Positions 10,079-19,039 of a stretch of 64,000 nucleotides of DNA are shown here, one piece after another. Positions within the stretch are counted from its first letter, which is position 1. Each line of letters opens with the position of its first letter. The stretch is from Campylobacteraceae bacterium (GTDB lineage Bacteria > Campylobacterota > Campylobacteria > Campylobacterales > Sulfurovaceae). A program made the position numbers and the translations under genes. The notes beneath the pieces were generated by a model. The model saw only the letters and a list, made by a program, of their open reading frames with translations. It did no database searches and was not told the DNA's origin. Location: NCBI GenBank assembly GCA_027035765.1, contig JALVUD010000019.1, positions 45,757 through 109,756 on the forward strand, in the 5' to 3' direction.

Positions 10079-11472
10079 TGATGGTTGCTCCTGAGAATGA
10101 TGGTGGTCGATCGGTTGTGATCGAAATATTTCCGGGCCACTTCCTTGACCCTTTCGGGGGTAATTTTATCCAAATCTTCCTCATACTCCAGCAGGGGCTT
10201 CAGGTCACCTCTTGCCAGATAGGAGCCAAAGAGCGTCGCGGTGGAGGAGGAGCTCTCCAGCTCATGGATGAAATCGACTTTGGTATTGAGGCGGACTTTG
10301 CGCAGCTCCTCTTCGCTGACGCCGTCACGTTTGATCCGCTCGATCTGGGCCAGGATCGCCTTTTCGAGATCTTCGGCTTTGACGCCGGGGTTGGCGACGG
10401 CGAGGAAGAGGAAGATTCCGGGGTCTTTGAGTTCCATGTTGTAGCCGTAGACCTGAGTGGCCAGGGGGTGCTTCTGCATCAGCTCCGCCTGGAGACGGCT
10501 GCTCTTGCCGCTGCTGAGGATCTCGGCGATCATGGAGAGGACCACCTGATCCTTGTGGCGGAAATCGGGGATGGGATAGGCGATGGCGATGGTCTCGGCG
10601 CTGTTGTTCTCTTTGTGGAGAATGACCCGCTTGGCTCCGTCGGTAGGTGGTTCGTAGGGTTCGTTGGTGGTGAGGAGGGAGCAGTCGCACTGCTTCGCGG
10701 GGGCCTTGATCTTGCCGAAGGTCTCCTCGGCGGTGTGGAAGACCGCTTCGGGCTTGATGTCACCGGCGACGATGAGGACGGCGTTGTCGGGGCGGTAGAA
10801 GCGGGCGTGGAACTCCCGGATATCCTCGATATTCCAGTGCTGGATATCGTGCATGAATCCGATAGGAGTCCAATGGTAGCTGTGCTCGACATAGTGGGTG
10901 TTGAAGAGGCGGAAATAGAGGTAGCCCATCGGGTTGTTGTCGGTGCGCCAGCGCCGCTCTTCGGCGACGACTTTGCGCTCTTTTTGGAACTCTTCGTCGG
11001 TGAGCTTGAGGTTGGCCATCAGCTCGGCATAGAGCTCCATGGCCATCTTCATGTTGGCGCTGGAGGATTTGATGAAGTAGTGGGTGTAGTCGAAGCCGGT
11101 CGAAGCGTTGTTGACCCCGCCGTGGGCTTTGACGATTCGGTCGAACTCCCCCTCCGCCAGGTGCTTGGTGGATTTGAAGTTCATATGCTCCAGCATGTGG
11201 GCGATGCCGGTCTTGCCCAGGATTTCGTCCCGGCTGCCGACCTTGTAGAAGATATCGGTGGTGATGACGCCGGTGCCGTTTTCCAGCGGGATGGCGTAGA
11301 CCTCCAGGCCGTTGTCGAGGGTTTTGTGGAAATATTTGGGCAGTGAGTTTGCCATGAGTGCTCCTGAGAGCGGCAGCGCCAGCACTGCCGCAGTGAGTAG
11401 TGAGTAGTGACTAGTGCGTAGTTTTTTGATGAAATTTTTGCAAAATTTCTTGAGTTGCTCGATCATTGTCAT
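10075..11472 (-). CDS. M16-family zinc peptidase (pitrilysin-like)
   Basis: HxxEH zinc motif ([11 protein letters not shown]) and a signal-like [17 protein letters not shown]. The ORF opens at TTG 11499, but ATG 11472 or 11466 follows a GAGGA RBS. Confidence 0.85.
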   Translation of the reverse strand: MTMIEQLKKFCKNFIKKLRTSHYSLLTAAVLALPLSGALMANSLPKYFHKTLDNGLEVYAIPLENGTGVITTDIFYKVGSRDEILGKTGIAHMLEHMNFKSTKHLAEGEFDRIVKAHGGVNNASTGFDYTHYFIKSSSANMKMAMELYAELMANLKLTDEEFQKERKVVAEERRWRTDNNPMGYLYFRLFNTHYVEHSYHWTPIGFMHDIQHWNIEDIREFHARFYRPDNAVLIVAGDIKPEAVFHTAEETFGKIKAPAKQCDCSLLTTNEPYEPPTDGAKRVILHKENNSAETIAIAYPIPDFRHKDQVVLSMIAEILSSGKSSRLQAELMQKHPLATQVYGYNMELKDPGIFLFLAVANPGVKAEDLEKAILAQIERIKRDGVSEEELRKVRLNTKVDFIHELESSSSTATLFGSYLARGDLKPLLEYEEDLDKITPERVKEVARKYFDHNRSTTIILRSNHQ

Positions 11473-11546
11473 TGATCCTCTGTCGGGATACTTTTGCAAA
11501 GGAAGGATAGCGAATTTGTGATAACAGGTCGTTGGATAGGGGAAGG

Positions 11547-11623
11547 TGGTGGGTCCTCCGGGACTCGAACCCGGGACCGCCCGGTTATGAGCCGGGAGCT
11601 CTAACCAACTGAGCTAAAGACCC
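11547..11623 (-). tRNA. tRNA with CAT anticodon (elongator Met, or Ile2 if lysidine-modified)
   Basis: Reverse complement reads GGGTCTTTAGCTCAGTTGGTTAGAGCTCCCGGCTCATAACCGGGCGGTCCCGGGTTCGAGTCCCGGAGGACCCACCA. G1-C72 is paired, so it is not an initiator. Confidence 0.85.
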
Positions 11624-12834
11624 TTCTGCTCACCATGCTGCTTCTGTCGCTCCCGGATCCGGCGGGGGACATAGGGGACCTGGGTTTTGATCCGGCCCTT
11701 CTCCATCATGGTGATTTTTGCGTCGGCATTATACTGGAAATAGTGCCGGAAGGCAATGAGATTGATCAGGATCCCGAAGAGCACCGCGAAGATGATAAAG
11801 GAGGTCCCCCCGTGGCTGAACATGGGCAGCGGTACCCCCACCACCGGGGCCATGCCGATGATCATGTAGATGTTGACATCCATGTAGATGAAGATCAGAA
11901 AAACGATGCCCGCTGCCACGGTCTTGATGAGATAATTTTGCTCGTAGATCCGAGAGAGGACCAGCAGGTGGACGATGAGGAGGATATAGAGGGCGATGAC
12001 CGTCAGCATCCCCTTATAGCCGAAACGTTCCCCCAGGTAGGCGAAGATGAAGTCGCTGGAGGAGATGGGGAGGAACTTGAGCTGGGTCTGGGTCGCCTCC
12101 TCTTTGGCCTTGCCCTCCAGCCCGCCGGAGCCGATGGCGATGAGGGCCTGACGGACATGATAGCTGGGTTTGCCCAGGAAGTCGGAGATGCGCTTCTTCT
12201 GATAGTCGTGGAGGTGGTTGTAGAGTACCGGGGCGGAGAGGGCGGTGATGATGGCCAGGGTAATCCAGACCCGCCAGCGCACCCCGACGAGAAAGAGGAC
12301 GCCCAAACCGGTGAGCATCAGGACCAGCGCCGTTCCCAGATCCGGCTCCTTGGCGATGAGCAGAAAGGGGATGACGATGATGACGGAGAGTTTGAGAAAG
12401 GTTTTGAATCCGTAGCCCTCTTTGGGGGGCGGATCACGGTAGATCAGGTAGGCGAGCATCAGAATGACGCTGATTTTGATGAACTCCGAGGGCTGTACCG
12501 TGGCGTGGGTCCCGGGGATCTCGAGCCAGCGCCGTGCTCCCAGGATCCGTTTGCCCGCCACGTCTACCGCCAGGAGCAGCAGCAGGTTGACCACATAGCT
12601 CAGCGGGGCGAACCACCAGAGGATCTTTTCCCAGGGGATGAAGACGGCGACAAGGAAGGCGATGGCTCCGACGGTATAGTAGACCATCTGCTTGGTGAAG
12701 AGATCGGGATTGATCTCTTTGATGAGAATCGAGGAGATGACCAGCAAAGGGATAATCTGGATGATGAGAAGATAGTCGAAGTTCTTTGGAAGGGTTCTGA
12801 AGTAGTTGGATACCTCTTTCCAGTCCAGATCCAT
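11614..12834 (-). CDS. FtsW/RodA/SpoVE (SEDS) family peptidoglycan glycosyltransferase
   Basis: 406 aa and polytopic, with SEDS-like blocks (PSEFIKISVILMLA, LPISSSDFIFAYLGERFG, PMFSHGGTS). A basic C-terminal tail overlaps the tRNA by 10 nt. Confidence 0.85.
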   Translation of the reverse strand: MDLDWKEVSNYFRTLPKNFDYLLIIQIIPLLVISSILIKEINPDLFTKQMVYYTVGAIAFLVAVFIPWEKILWWFAPLSYVVNLLLLLAVDVAGKRILGARRWLEIPGTHATVQPSEFIKISVILMLAYLIYRDPPPKEGYGFKTFLKLSVIIVIPFLLIAKEPDLGTALVLMLTGLGVLFLVGVRWRVWITLAIITALSAPVLYNHLHDYQKKRISDFLGKPSYHVRQALIAIGSGGLEGKAKEEATQTQLKFLPISSSDFIFAYLGERFGYKGMLTVIALYILLIVHLLVLSRIYEQNYLIKTVAAGIVFLIFIYMDVNIYMIIGMAPVVGVPLPMFSHGGTSFIIFAVLFGILINLIAFRHYFQYNADAKITMMEKGRIKTQVPYVPRRIRERQKQHGEQKGL

Positions 12835-12947
12835 GGGCCTCTCTTCGTGAATCGGAGCAACGCAGTCGTGGAGTCTCTCTGCATCGTCCGGCTTAAAGTT
12901 TGCGCTATTATATCCAAACGTTATCGGGCTGCGATGAGGAGAGAAAA

Positions 12948-13706
12948 ATGAACTGTCACACCTCCCGGATCCTGGAAAAACTGCCCGGGATCAGGCACTG
13001 TATCAGCGAAAAGAGTTTTGCGGAGCCGTTGGGGTTCTCCCTGGCACTCCACACCGGAGAGAACCCGGAACTTGTCAGAAAAAATCGCCGAAAAGTGGCG
13101 TCCTATTTCGGCCCGGAGGCTTCGTTCGTTTCGGCACTGCAGGTTCACGGTGACAGGATCTATGCGGTGGAGCGGTCGGAATCGAGGGGGTGGGAGCTTC
13201 CGGATGATAGCCTCAAAGCCGATGCCCTGATCACCCGGCTTCCCAAGGTGGTCCTGACGATCCTGACGGCGGATTGCGTACCGATTCTCCTGGCGGATCC
13301 CCTCCTCGGCGCGATCGGTGCGGTCCATGCAGGGTGGAAAGGAAGTGCCCTGGAGATCGTGAAAAAGACAGTTGCGCAACTCTCCGAACACTATGGGAGC
13401 GATCCGGGGAATCTGCATGCCTTTATCGGTCCCGCTATCGGCGGATGCTGCTACGAAGTAGGAGAGGAGGTCGCCGGGCGGTTTCGGCATCTGGAAGGAG
13501 CAGTGAAAGCCGGCAGTCGGGGGCGGCCGATGCTGGATCTCAAACGGGTCAACCTGCTGCAACTGCTGGAGGCAGGGGTTCCGGAATCGTCGATCGAGAT
13601 CAGTCCCCACTGCACCGCCTGTGAACGGGGGCGCTTCTTCTCCTACCGGGCAGAGGAGGGGTGTAGCGGGCGTTTTATAAGCTCCATAATGCGGGTTGAG
13701 TGCTAA
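12948..13706 (+). CDS. pgeF: peptidoglycan editing factor PgeF (YfiH/DUF152)
   Basis: Motifs TADCVPILL, HAGWKG and CCYEVG. The ATG at 12948 is preceded by GAGGAG. Confidence 0.85.
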   Translation: MNCHTSRILEKLPGIRHCISEKSFAEPLGFSLALHTGENPELVRKNRRKVASYFGPEASFVSALQVHGDRIYAVERSESRGWELPDDSLKADALITRLPKVVLTILTADCVPILLADPLLGAIGAVHAGWKGSALEIVKKTVAQLSEHYGSDPGNLHAFIGPAIGGCCYEVGEEVAGRFRHLEGAVKAGSRGRPMLDLKRVNLLQLLEAGVPESSIEISPHCTACERGRFFSYRAEEGCSGRFISSIMRVEC

Positions 13707-13712
13707 AGGGGC

Positions 13713-14882
13713 TTAGCCCAACCTTCTTTTGAAATCTTCGTAGCCGAAGCGGCGATCGATTGTCAGGTTGTCATTTTTATGGAGCGTGGCGATGGCGGGG
13801 AGGGGGATGCCGTTGAAGGTGGTGGCCTTGACCATGGTGTAGTGCATCTGATCCTCAAAGAGGATTTTGTCTCCTATTTTCAGCGGCTCATCGAAACTGT
13901 AGTCCCCCATGATGTCGCCTGCCAGACAGGTATTGCCCGCCAGACGGTAGGTGTGAGGCTTTTCTCCCGGTTCGCCGGCTCCCCGCACCTTGGCTTTGTA
14001 GGGCATGATGATGGTGTCGGGCATATGAGCTTCGGCGGAGGTGTCCAGGATGGCGATCTCCATGCCGTTATTGACAATATCGAGCACCGTAGCGATCAGG
14101 GGGCCGGTCTCCCAACCCACCGCTTCGCCGGGCTCCAGGTAGACCTCGAGATGGGGATGGCGGGACTTAAAATTATTTAATATTAAAATAAGCCTCTCCC
14201 GATTGTAATCCTCCCGGGTGATATGATGGCCTCCGCCGAAGTTGACCCATTTGAGCCGAGGCAGCCAGCGACCGAATTTCTCCTCGAAAGCCTGCAGGAC
14301 ACCCTCCAGGGCTGAAGCGTCCTGTTCGCAGAGGGCATGGAAATGAAAGCCTTCGATCGCCTCGACTGTCGCTTCATCCACGGCCTCGGCCAGAGTGCCC
14401 AGGCGGGAGTGGAGACCGCAGGGGTTGTAGAGCTCCACGGGGGCTTCGGAGTATTGGGGGTTGACCCGCAGTCCCAGGGAGAGCGTGGGATTGACGGCAC
14501 GGGCCCGAGGGCCGAAACGCTGCAGCTGGTCCGGGGAGTTGAAGACCAGGTGATGGGAGATCCGGGCGATCTCTTCGATCTCCTCCGCTTTGAAGGCAGG
14601 GGAGTAGGTGTGGGTCTGGCGGCCGAACTCTTCGTGAGAGAGCTTCGCTTCGTAGAGGCCGCTGGCACAGCAGCCGTCCAGGTACTCCCGGACCAGTGGA
14701 AAGCTGTGCCAGAGGGCGTAGCCTTTGAGGGCCAGGAGGATCATCACCCCGCCCCGGTCCTTAATATCTTTTAATATCATAAGGTTCTGTTCCAGTAGAT
14801 GCTCTTCGAGCAGCCAGCAGGGAGAGGGGAGTTGTCGCAGGATCTCCGGTGTGATCCTGCTTCTTTTTTCCAGAGATTTCAT
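13713..14882 (-). CDS. nspC: carboxynorspermidine decarboxylase
   Basis: Blocks NFGGGHHITRED and AGNTCLAGDIMGDYSF, with a size typical of NspC. ATG at 14882 is preferred over the TTG at 14900. Confidence 0.85.
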   Translation of the reverse strand: MKSLEKRSRITPEILRQLPSPCWLLEEHLLEQNLMILKDIKDRGGVMILLALKGYALWHSFPLVREYLDGCCASGLYEAKLSHEEFGRQTHTYSPAFKAEEIEEIARISHHLVFNSPDQLQRFGPRARAVNPTLSLGLRVNPQYSEAPVELYNPCGLHSRLGTLAEAVDEATVEAIEGFHFHALCEQDASALEGVLQAFEEKFGRWLPRLKWVNFGGGHHITREDYNRERLILILNNFKSRHPHLEVYLEPGEAVGWETGPLIATVLDIVNNGMEIAILDTSAEAHMPDTIIMPYKAKVRGAGEPGEKPHTYRLAGNTCLAGDIMGDYSFDEPLKIGDKILFEDQMHYTMVKATTFNGIPLPAIATLHKNDNLTIDRRFGYEDFKRRLG

Positions 14883-14932
14883 AAAGGTATTATCTCTCAA
14901 AAATATTAGAGGTATCCTTCAGGCTTTTGGAG

Positions 14933-14972
14933 GCGGGGTTCCAACCCCGCATTTGCGGGACTGTAGTCCTGC
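14933..14972. repeat. two adjacent 18-nt palindromes with 2-nt centres
   Basis: gcggggtt-cc-aaccccgc (14933-14950) and gcgggact-gt-agtcctgc (14955-14972). They are preceded by ttttggag, the same lead-in as at 18972. Confidence 0.85.
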
Positions 14973-15061
14973 CTCGGAGAAGTGATCGAAGTTGTTTGTC
15001 GATGGGGCCTGCAGCGGCGTGCGGGTAATGGTGCCCCAAAAGAGCATTGAAAGGGGGGATC

Positions 15062-15313
15062 TTACTTCTCTTCGGGGCAGAGTCCCTGGCCTTTGGCGGC
15101 GGCCAGAATCTCGTCCAGATGGATCGCCCGCTCTTCATCGGGATCGTCCTCCCGGCTTCGGCACTTTCCGCAGGCGGTGCCGGCATCGGTGGCGTCCATC
15201 AGAGACTCCAGATCGCAGTTGCCCTCTTTGATCGCTTTGAGGATCTCGCCGTATTTGACGTCCATGCATTCACAGACCACATAGATATCTTCCACTTCTT
15301 CCAGTACGCTCAT
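15062..15313 (-). CDS. BFD-like [2Fe-2S]-binding domain protein
   Basis: 83 aa with Cys pattern CEC...C...CGKC, typical of bacterioferritin-associated ferredoxin-like domains. Confidence 0.7.
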   Translation of the reverse strand: MSVLEEVEDIYVVCECMDVKYGEILKAIKEGNCDLESLMDATDAGTACGKCRSREDDPDEERAIHLDEILAAAKGQGLCPEEK

Positions 15314-15405
15314 CTTCTATCCTTTTTCATCTTTTTGGATTTTGTTCTGTAATTCTAACGCTTCCAGCATAGCCAAAAAGCGACCGGAGTTGCAATCCCG
15401 GGTTC

Positions 15406-15912
15406 TCACTCTGCCAGTTTCATCCGTGCCAGCAGACCCGCGGTAGTGGTGTAGCCGGTTTCGACAAATTTGAGTTTGCCGGCTGCGTCATAGATTAAAG
15501 AGGTGGGGTAGGTCGTGATCCCGAAGCGTTTGGCCAGGGTGCCGTAGGGGTCGTTGAGTACAGGGTAGCTGATCCCGCGCTCCCGCATCCAGGCCCGGAT
15601 CTCTTCGGGACTGCCGCTGTTGACGGCGACAGTGAGGACAGGATAGCGGCGGGCCACCGTTTCGATATTGGAGGCCTCCTGGCGACAGACAGGGCACCAG
15701 GTCCCCCAGAAGTGCAGGAGGATAGGCTGCCCTGTTTTGTGCAGAGATTTGATGCTGCGGCCTTCGAGGGTATGCCCGGAGAGATTCGGAAAACGGCTCT
15801 CATCGATCTTCGGAGCCCGCCAGAGGTTCAGAAGGGTGGAGAGGACAAAGAGGAGCAGGACAAAGAGAAGAGCCTCTTTCCCCCAGCGCCACAAGGTGGT
15901 TTTGAGCTTCAT
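15406..15912 (-). CDS. TlpA/ResA-like thiol:disulfide oxidoreductase
   Basis: Membrane anchor followed by thioredoxin motif WGTWCPVCRQE. The internal ATG at 15912 (MKLKTTLWRW...) is preferred to the ORF start at 16065. Confidence 0.8.
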   Translation of the reverse strand: MKLKTTLWRWGKEALLFVLLLFVLSTLLNLWRAPKIDESRFPNLSGHTLEGRSIKSLHKTGQPILLHFWGTWCPVCRQEASNIETVARRYPVLTVAVNSGSPEEIRAWMRERGISYPVLNDPYGTLAKRFGITTYPTSLIYDAAGKLKFVETGYTTTAGLLARMKLAE

Positions 15913-16105
15913 GGATCTGCTTTTTGTGGGATCGTTTCGGGAATTATAACCACAATCCGGAACTCTCTGTATCATTTTGATACTTCTCGGTCCCCAAAGC
16001 CGTAGATCGACAGATCTGACGGACTTTCTAATGCATAATTCGTGATAATTGGACTGTCTGTGCAATCGGAAACGGACGGAGTATTCGGAGAAGAAGGAGA
16101 GAGTG

Positions 16106-17227
16106 ATGAATCATGAGGCGACAATGGTATCAACATCGATGCCCCTCTACCTGATGGTCGGTGGCGGGGTGTTGATCGTAATATTAATCTATCTGCTGCT
16201 CAGGATGCGCCGCGGCGAGACCCCGACGGATCAGCTGCAGCGACCTGCCGGTGAAGCGAAAAGAGAGACGGTGAAAGCACCGGAAGCGCAAGCGAAACCT
16301 GCAGGGATACCGGAGGCGAAACCGCAGAAGGGTCCGGTCGAGGCTCCTCGGAATAAAACGGCCAGATCTGCAGCCAAAGAGGGGCTCCCCGTCTACGAAA
16401 AGCCGATTCCTGAGACGGAGGGGATCGATCGGGAGAGTTTCAGCACGTTTGCCGGGAGCCGGATTCTGGCCGTGGACGACAATGCCCTCAACCTCAAGCT
16501 GATCGAGCGTTTGATGGAGGGATCGGGGATCGTGATGGAGACCGCTTCCAACGGCATAGAGGCCCTGAAGAAGCTCCGGACACCCGGTGCCCGATACGAT
16601 CTGGTACTGATGGATGTCAATATGCCAAAGATGGACGGCTTGGAGGCAACCCGTCAGATTCGTCAGGATGTCCGGCTCCGGGAGACTCCGGTCCTGGCCT
16701 TGACTGCCTCGACCGAGAAGGAAGAGGTGGAACGTATACTTGACAGCGGAATGAACGGCTATCTGGACAAGCCCATAGTTCTCGGTAAACTTTTTACCGC
16801 CTTCAAACTTTTTACCGGCCGATCCCGGCAACCGAAGCAGGCCAGGGTGATGGTCGCCAACAAAGGGCGTGACGATCTGGTGACCAATCCCGAGGTCCTG
16901 GATATCCGGAGTGGGATCGAACACAGCAACAGTGACGAAGCACTCTATCGGGCTCTGCTGGATGAGTTTCTCCGGGAGTATTCGGAGTGTGATCGCCGCT
17001 ACAAAGAACTGGTGGAGGCGGGGAAATATGAGGAGCTTCACCGTCTGACGGTCGATCTGGACGGTCTGACGGGAACCCTGGGAGCGATGGAGCTCTACCG
17101 CCTGGTGGATCGGATCAAGCAGATCCTGGAGAGAGGGACCTACACCCTGCTGGGGGATTATGGTCCGGAGTGCCATGAAGCTTTCCAACGTTTCCGCCGG
17201 GAGGCCCGCCGCTACCTGGCGGCCTGA
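16106..17227 (+). CDS. membrane-anchored response-regulator receiver protein with C-terminal Hpt-like domain
   Basis: TM helix (PLYLMVGGGVLIVILIYLLL), a P/A/K-rich linker, and a REC domain (ILAVDDN, LMDVNMPKMDG, LTAS, LDKP). A helical C-terminus resembles Hpt. AAGGAGAGAG RBS lies before the ATG at 16106. Confidence 0.8.
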   Translation: MNHEATMVSTSMPLYLMVGGGVLIVILIYLLLRMRRGETPTDQLQRPAGEAKRETVKAPEAQAKPAGIPEAKPQKGPVEAPRNKTARSAAKEGLPVYEKPIPETEGIDRESFSTFAGSRILAVDDNALNLKLIERLMEGSGIVMETASNGIEALKKLRTPGARYDLVLMDVNMPKMDGLEATRQIRQDVRLRETPVLALTASTEKEEVERILDSGMNGYLDKPIVLGKLFTAFKLFTGRSRQPKQARVMVANKGRDDLVTNPEVLDIRSGIEHSNSDEALYRALLDEFLREYSECDRRYKELVEAGKYEELHRLTVDLDGLTGTLGAMELYRLVDRIKQILERGTYTLLGDYGPECHEAFQRFRREARRYLAA

Positions 17228-17271
17228 AAAACCTTGTTATCACATCGGGGGAGGCTCTCCCCGTCAACTTC

Positions 17272-17279
17272 TGTATAAT
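17272..17279 (+). promoter_or_regulatory. candidate extended -10 (TGTATAAT) for the ABC-F gene
   Basis: TGnTATAAT match 38 nt upstream of the ATG at 17317. Confidence 0.4.
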
Positions 17280-17316
17280 ACGCGAAAACTTCATCCGTAA
17301 TCCAAGGAATATCTCT

Positions 17317-18912
17317 ATGCTTTCAACTGTCAATCTGACCCAGCGCTACGGCAAGCGCGTTCTGTTTGAAAAGATCAACCTCACCCTTGACCCCGGCAAG
17401 CGCTACGGCCTCATCGGTGCCAACGGAGCGGGCAAATCGACCTTCATGAAGATCCTGGCCGGCGAGATCGAACCCAGCGAAGGGGAGGTGCAGATCCAGC
17501 CCGGTGCCAAGCTGGGGATGCTGGGGCAGAACCACTACGCCTTCGAGGAGTTCACCCTCAAGGACGCGGTGCTCTACGGCAACAAGCGCCTCTACGAAGC
17601 CCAGAAGGAGAAGGAACGCCTCTACATGGAGGGGAACTTCGATGACGACAAGGTCAACGAACGCCTGGGTGAGCTGGAGATGATCTGTGTCGAGGAGGAT
17701 CCCACCTACGAGAGCAACGTGCGGATCGAAAAGCTCCTGACGGCCCTGGGATTCCCTGTGGAGCAGCACGACAACCCCATGAGCTCCCTCACCGGCGGAG
17801 ACAAGTTCAAGATCCTGCTGGCCCAGGTGCTCTTCCTCAAGCCCGACATCCTGCTGCTCGACGAGCCGACCAACAACCTGGACATGGAGACCATCGCCTG
17901 GCTGGAGGAGGAGCTGCGGCGCCACGACGGTGTCCTGGTCGTCATCTCCCACGACCGCCACTTTCTCAATGCGGTGACGACCCATATCCTGGATCTGGAC
18001 TTCCAGACTATCCGGGAGTTTACGGGGACCTACGACGACTGGTATATCGCCGCCAACCTCAAGGCCAAACAGGCGGAGATGGAGCGCAGCAAGAAGCTCA
18101 AGGAGAAGGAGGAGCTGGAGAAGTTCATCGCCCGCTTCAGCGCCAACGCCTCCAAGGCCAAGCAGGCCACCAGCCGCCAGAAACAGCTGGAGAAGCTGGA
18201 TATCCAGGAGATCAAACTCTCCAGCCGCCGGGATCCTTCGATCCTCTTCAAGCCCAACCGGGAGATCGGCAACGAAGTCCTGGAGGTGGAGCACCTGGCC
18301 AAGAGCTACGGGGATCACAAGGTCTTCGAAGATCTGAGCTTCAAGGTGGAAAAAGGGGACAAGATCGCCCTCATCGGCGGCAACGGGGTGGGCAAGACCA
18401 CCCTTCTGGAGATCCTCATGGGCAACCTGGAGCCCGATGCCGGGCGGGTCAAGTGGGGTCAGACGGTCCATCCCACCTATTTCCCCCAGAACACCACCGA
18501 GATCGTCAAGGGGGAGGAGAAGCTCTATCAGTGGATCCAGAACCACAACCAGAAGTGGCACATCGATGAGATCCGCAAGTGCCTGGGACGGATGCTCTTC
18601 AGCGGTGAGGAGCAGGAGAAGCAGGTGGAAGCCTGCTCCGGTGGAGAGAAGCACCGGATCATGATGTCCAAGATGATGATGGACGACGCCAACTTCCTGG
18701 TCCTGGACGAGCCCGACAACCACCTGGACCTGGAGGCGATCGTCGCCCTGGGCGAAGCCCTGCACAAATACGAAGGGGGCGTCATCTGCGTCACCCACGA
18801 CCGGGAACTCATCGACGCCTTCGCCAACCGGATCCTCAAACTGCATGAAGACGGAACCCTGACCGATTTCCGGGGGAATTACGAGGAGTTTGTTGAGAGT
18901 GAGGGTAACTAG
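17317..18912 (+). CDS. ABC-F family ATPase (translation-factor type)
   Basis: Two ABC cassettes (Walker A GANGAGKST and GGNGVGKTT; signatures LTGGDKFK and CSGGEKHR) joined by a charged linker. No TM domain. Confidence 0.9.
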   Translation: MLSTVNLTQRYGKRVLFEKINLTLDPGKRYGLIGANGAGKSTFMKILAGEIEPSEGEVQIQPGAKLGMLGQNHYAFEEFTLKDAVLYGNKRLYEAQKEKERLYMEGNFDDDKVNERLGELEMICVEEDPTYESNVRIEKLLTALGFPVEQHDNPMSSLTGGDKFKILLAQVLFLKPDILLLDEPTNNLDMETIAWLEEELRRHDGVLVVISHDRHFLNAVTTHILDLDFQTIREFTGTYDDWYIAANLKAKQAEMERSKKLKEKEELEKFIARFSANASKAKQATSRQKQLEKLDIQEIKLSSRRDPSILFKPNREIGNEVLEVEHLAKSYGDHKVFEDLSFKVEKGDKIALIGGNGVGKTTLLEILMGNLEPDAGRVKWGQTVHPTYFPQNTTEIVKGEEKLYQWIQNHNQKWHIDEIRKCLGRMLFSGEEQEKQVEACSGGEKHRIMMSKMMMDDANFLVLDEPDNHLDLEAIVALGEALHKYEGGVICVTHDRELIDAFANRILKLHEDGTLTDFRGNYEEFVESEGN

Positions 18913-18976
18913 GAACTAGAAACTAGTAACTAGGAATGAGGAATGAGGAATTAGGAATTAGGAATTAGGAATTTTG
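18907..18976. repeat. ten phase-locked heptamers: AACTAGN x4, AATGAGG x2, AATTAGG x3, AATTTTG
   Basis: Read directly. The first unit contains the TAG stop (18910-18912) of the ABC-F gene. Confidence 0.95.
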
Positions 18977-18979
18977 GAG

Positions 18980-18997
18980 GCGGGAATTCATTCCCGC
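18980..18997. repeat. 18-nt palindrome gcgggaat-tc-attcccgc
   Basis: Perfect 8-bp arms with a 2-nt centre. Same design and same ttttggag lead-in as 14933-14950. Confidence 0.9.
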
Positions 18998-19002
18998 ACT
19001 TT

Positions 19003-19037
19003 AATCCAAAATCCAAAATCCATCATCCAAAATCAAA
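19003..19037. repeat. heptamer micro-array AATCCAA x5 (degenerate; inverse of the GGATTTT family)
   Basis: AATCCAA AATCCAA AATCCAT CATCCAA AATCAAA, ending 2 nt before the ATG at 19040. Confidence 0.9.
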
Positions 19038-19039
19038 CC

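Noticed and set aside
11547-11623. Initiator tRNA-fMet assignment for the CAT-anticodon tRNA
   Set aside because: Position 1-72 is a normal G-C pair, and the anticodon stem has C29-G41 rather than the three consecutive G-C pairs (G29-31) typical of bacterial initiators. It is therefore an elongator Met or Ile2.
17323-18846. 507-aa minus-strand ORF opposite the ABC-F gene. Similar long antisense ORFs occur at 30482..32185, 35960..37642, 43420..44871, 44817..45911, 45911..47026, 52505..53752, 56594..57856 and 59255..60421.
   Set aside because: Each exactly mirrors a strongly supported gene (ABC-F, mrdA, metG, sufB, sufC, sufD, lepA, prlC, histidine kinase). All have the same G/D/L/V/P-rich shadow composition and no recognisable domains.
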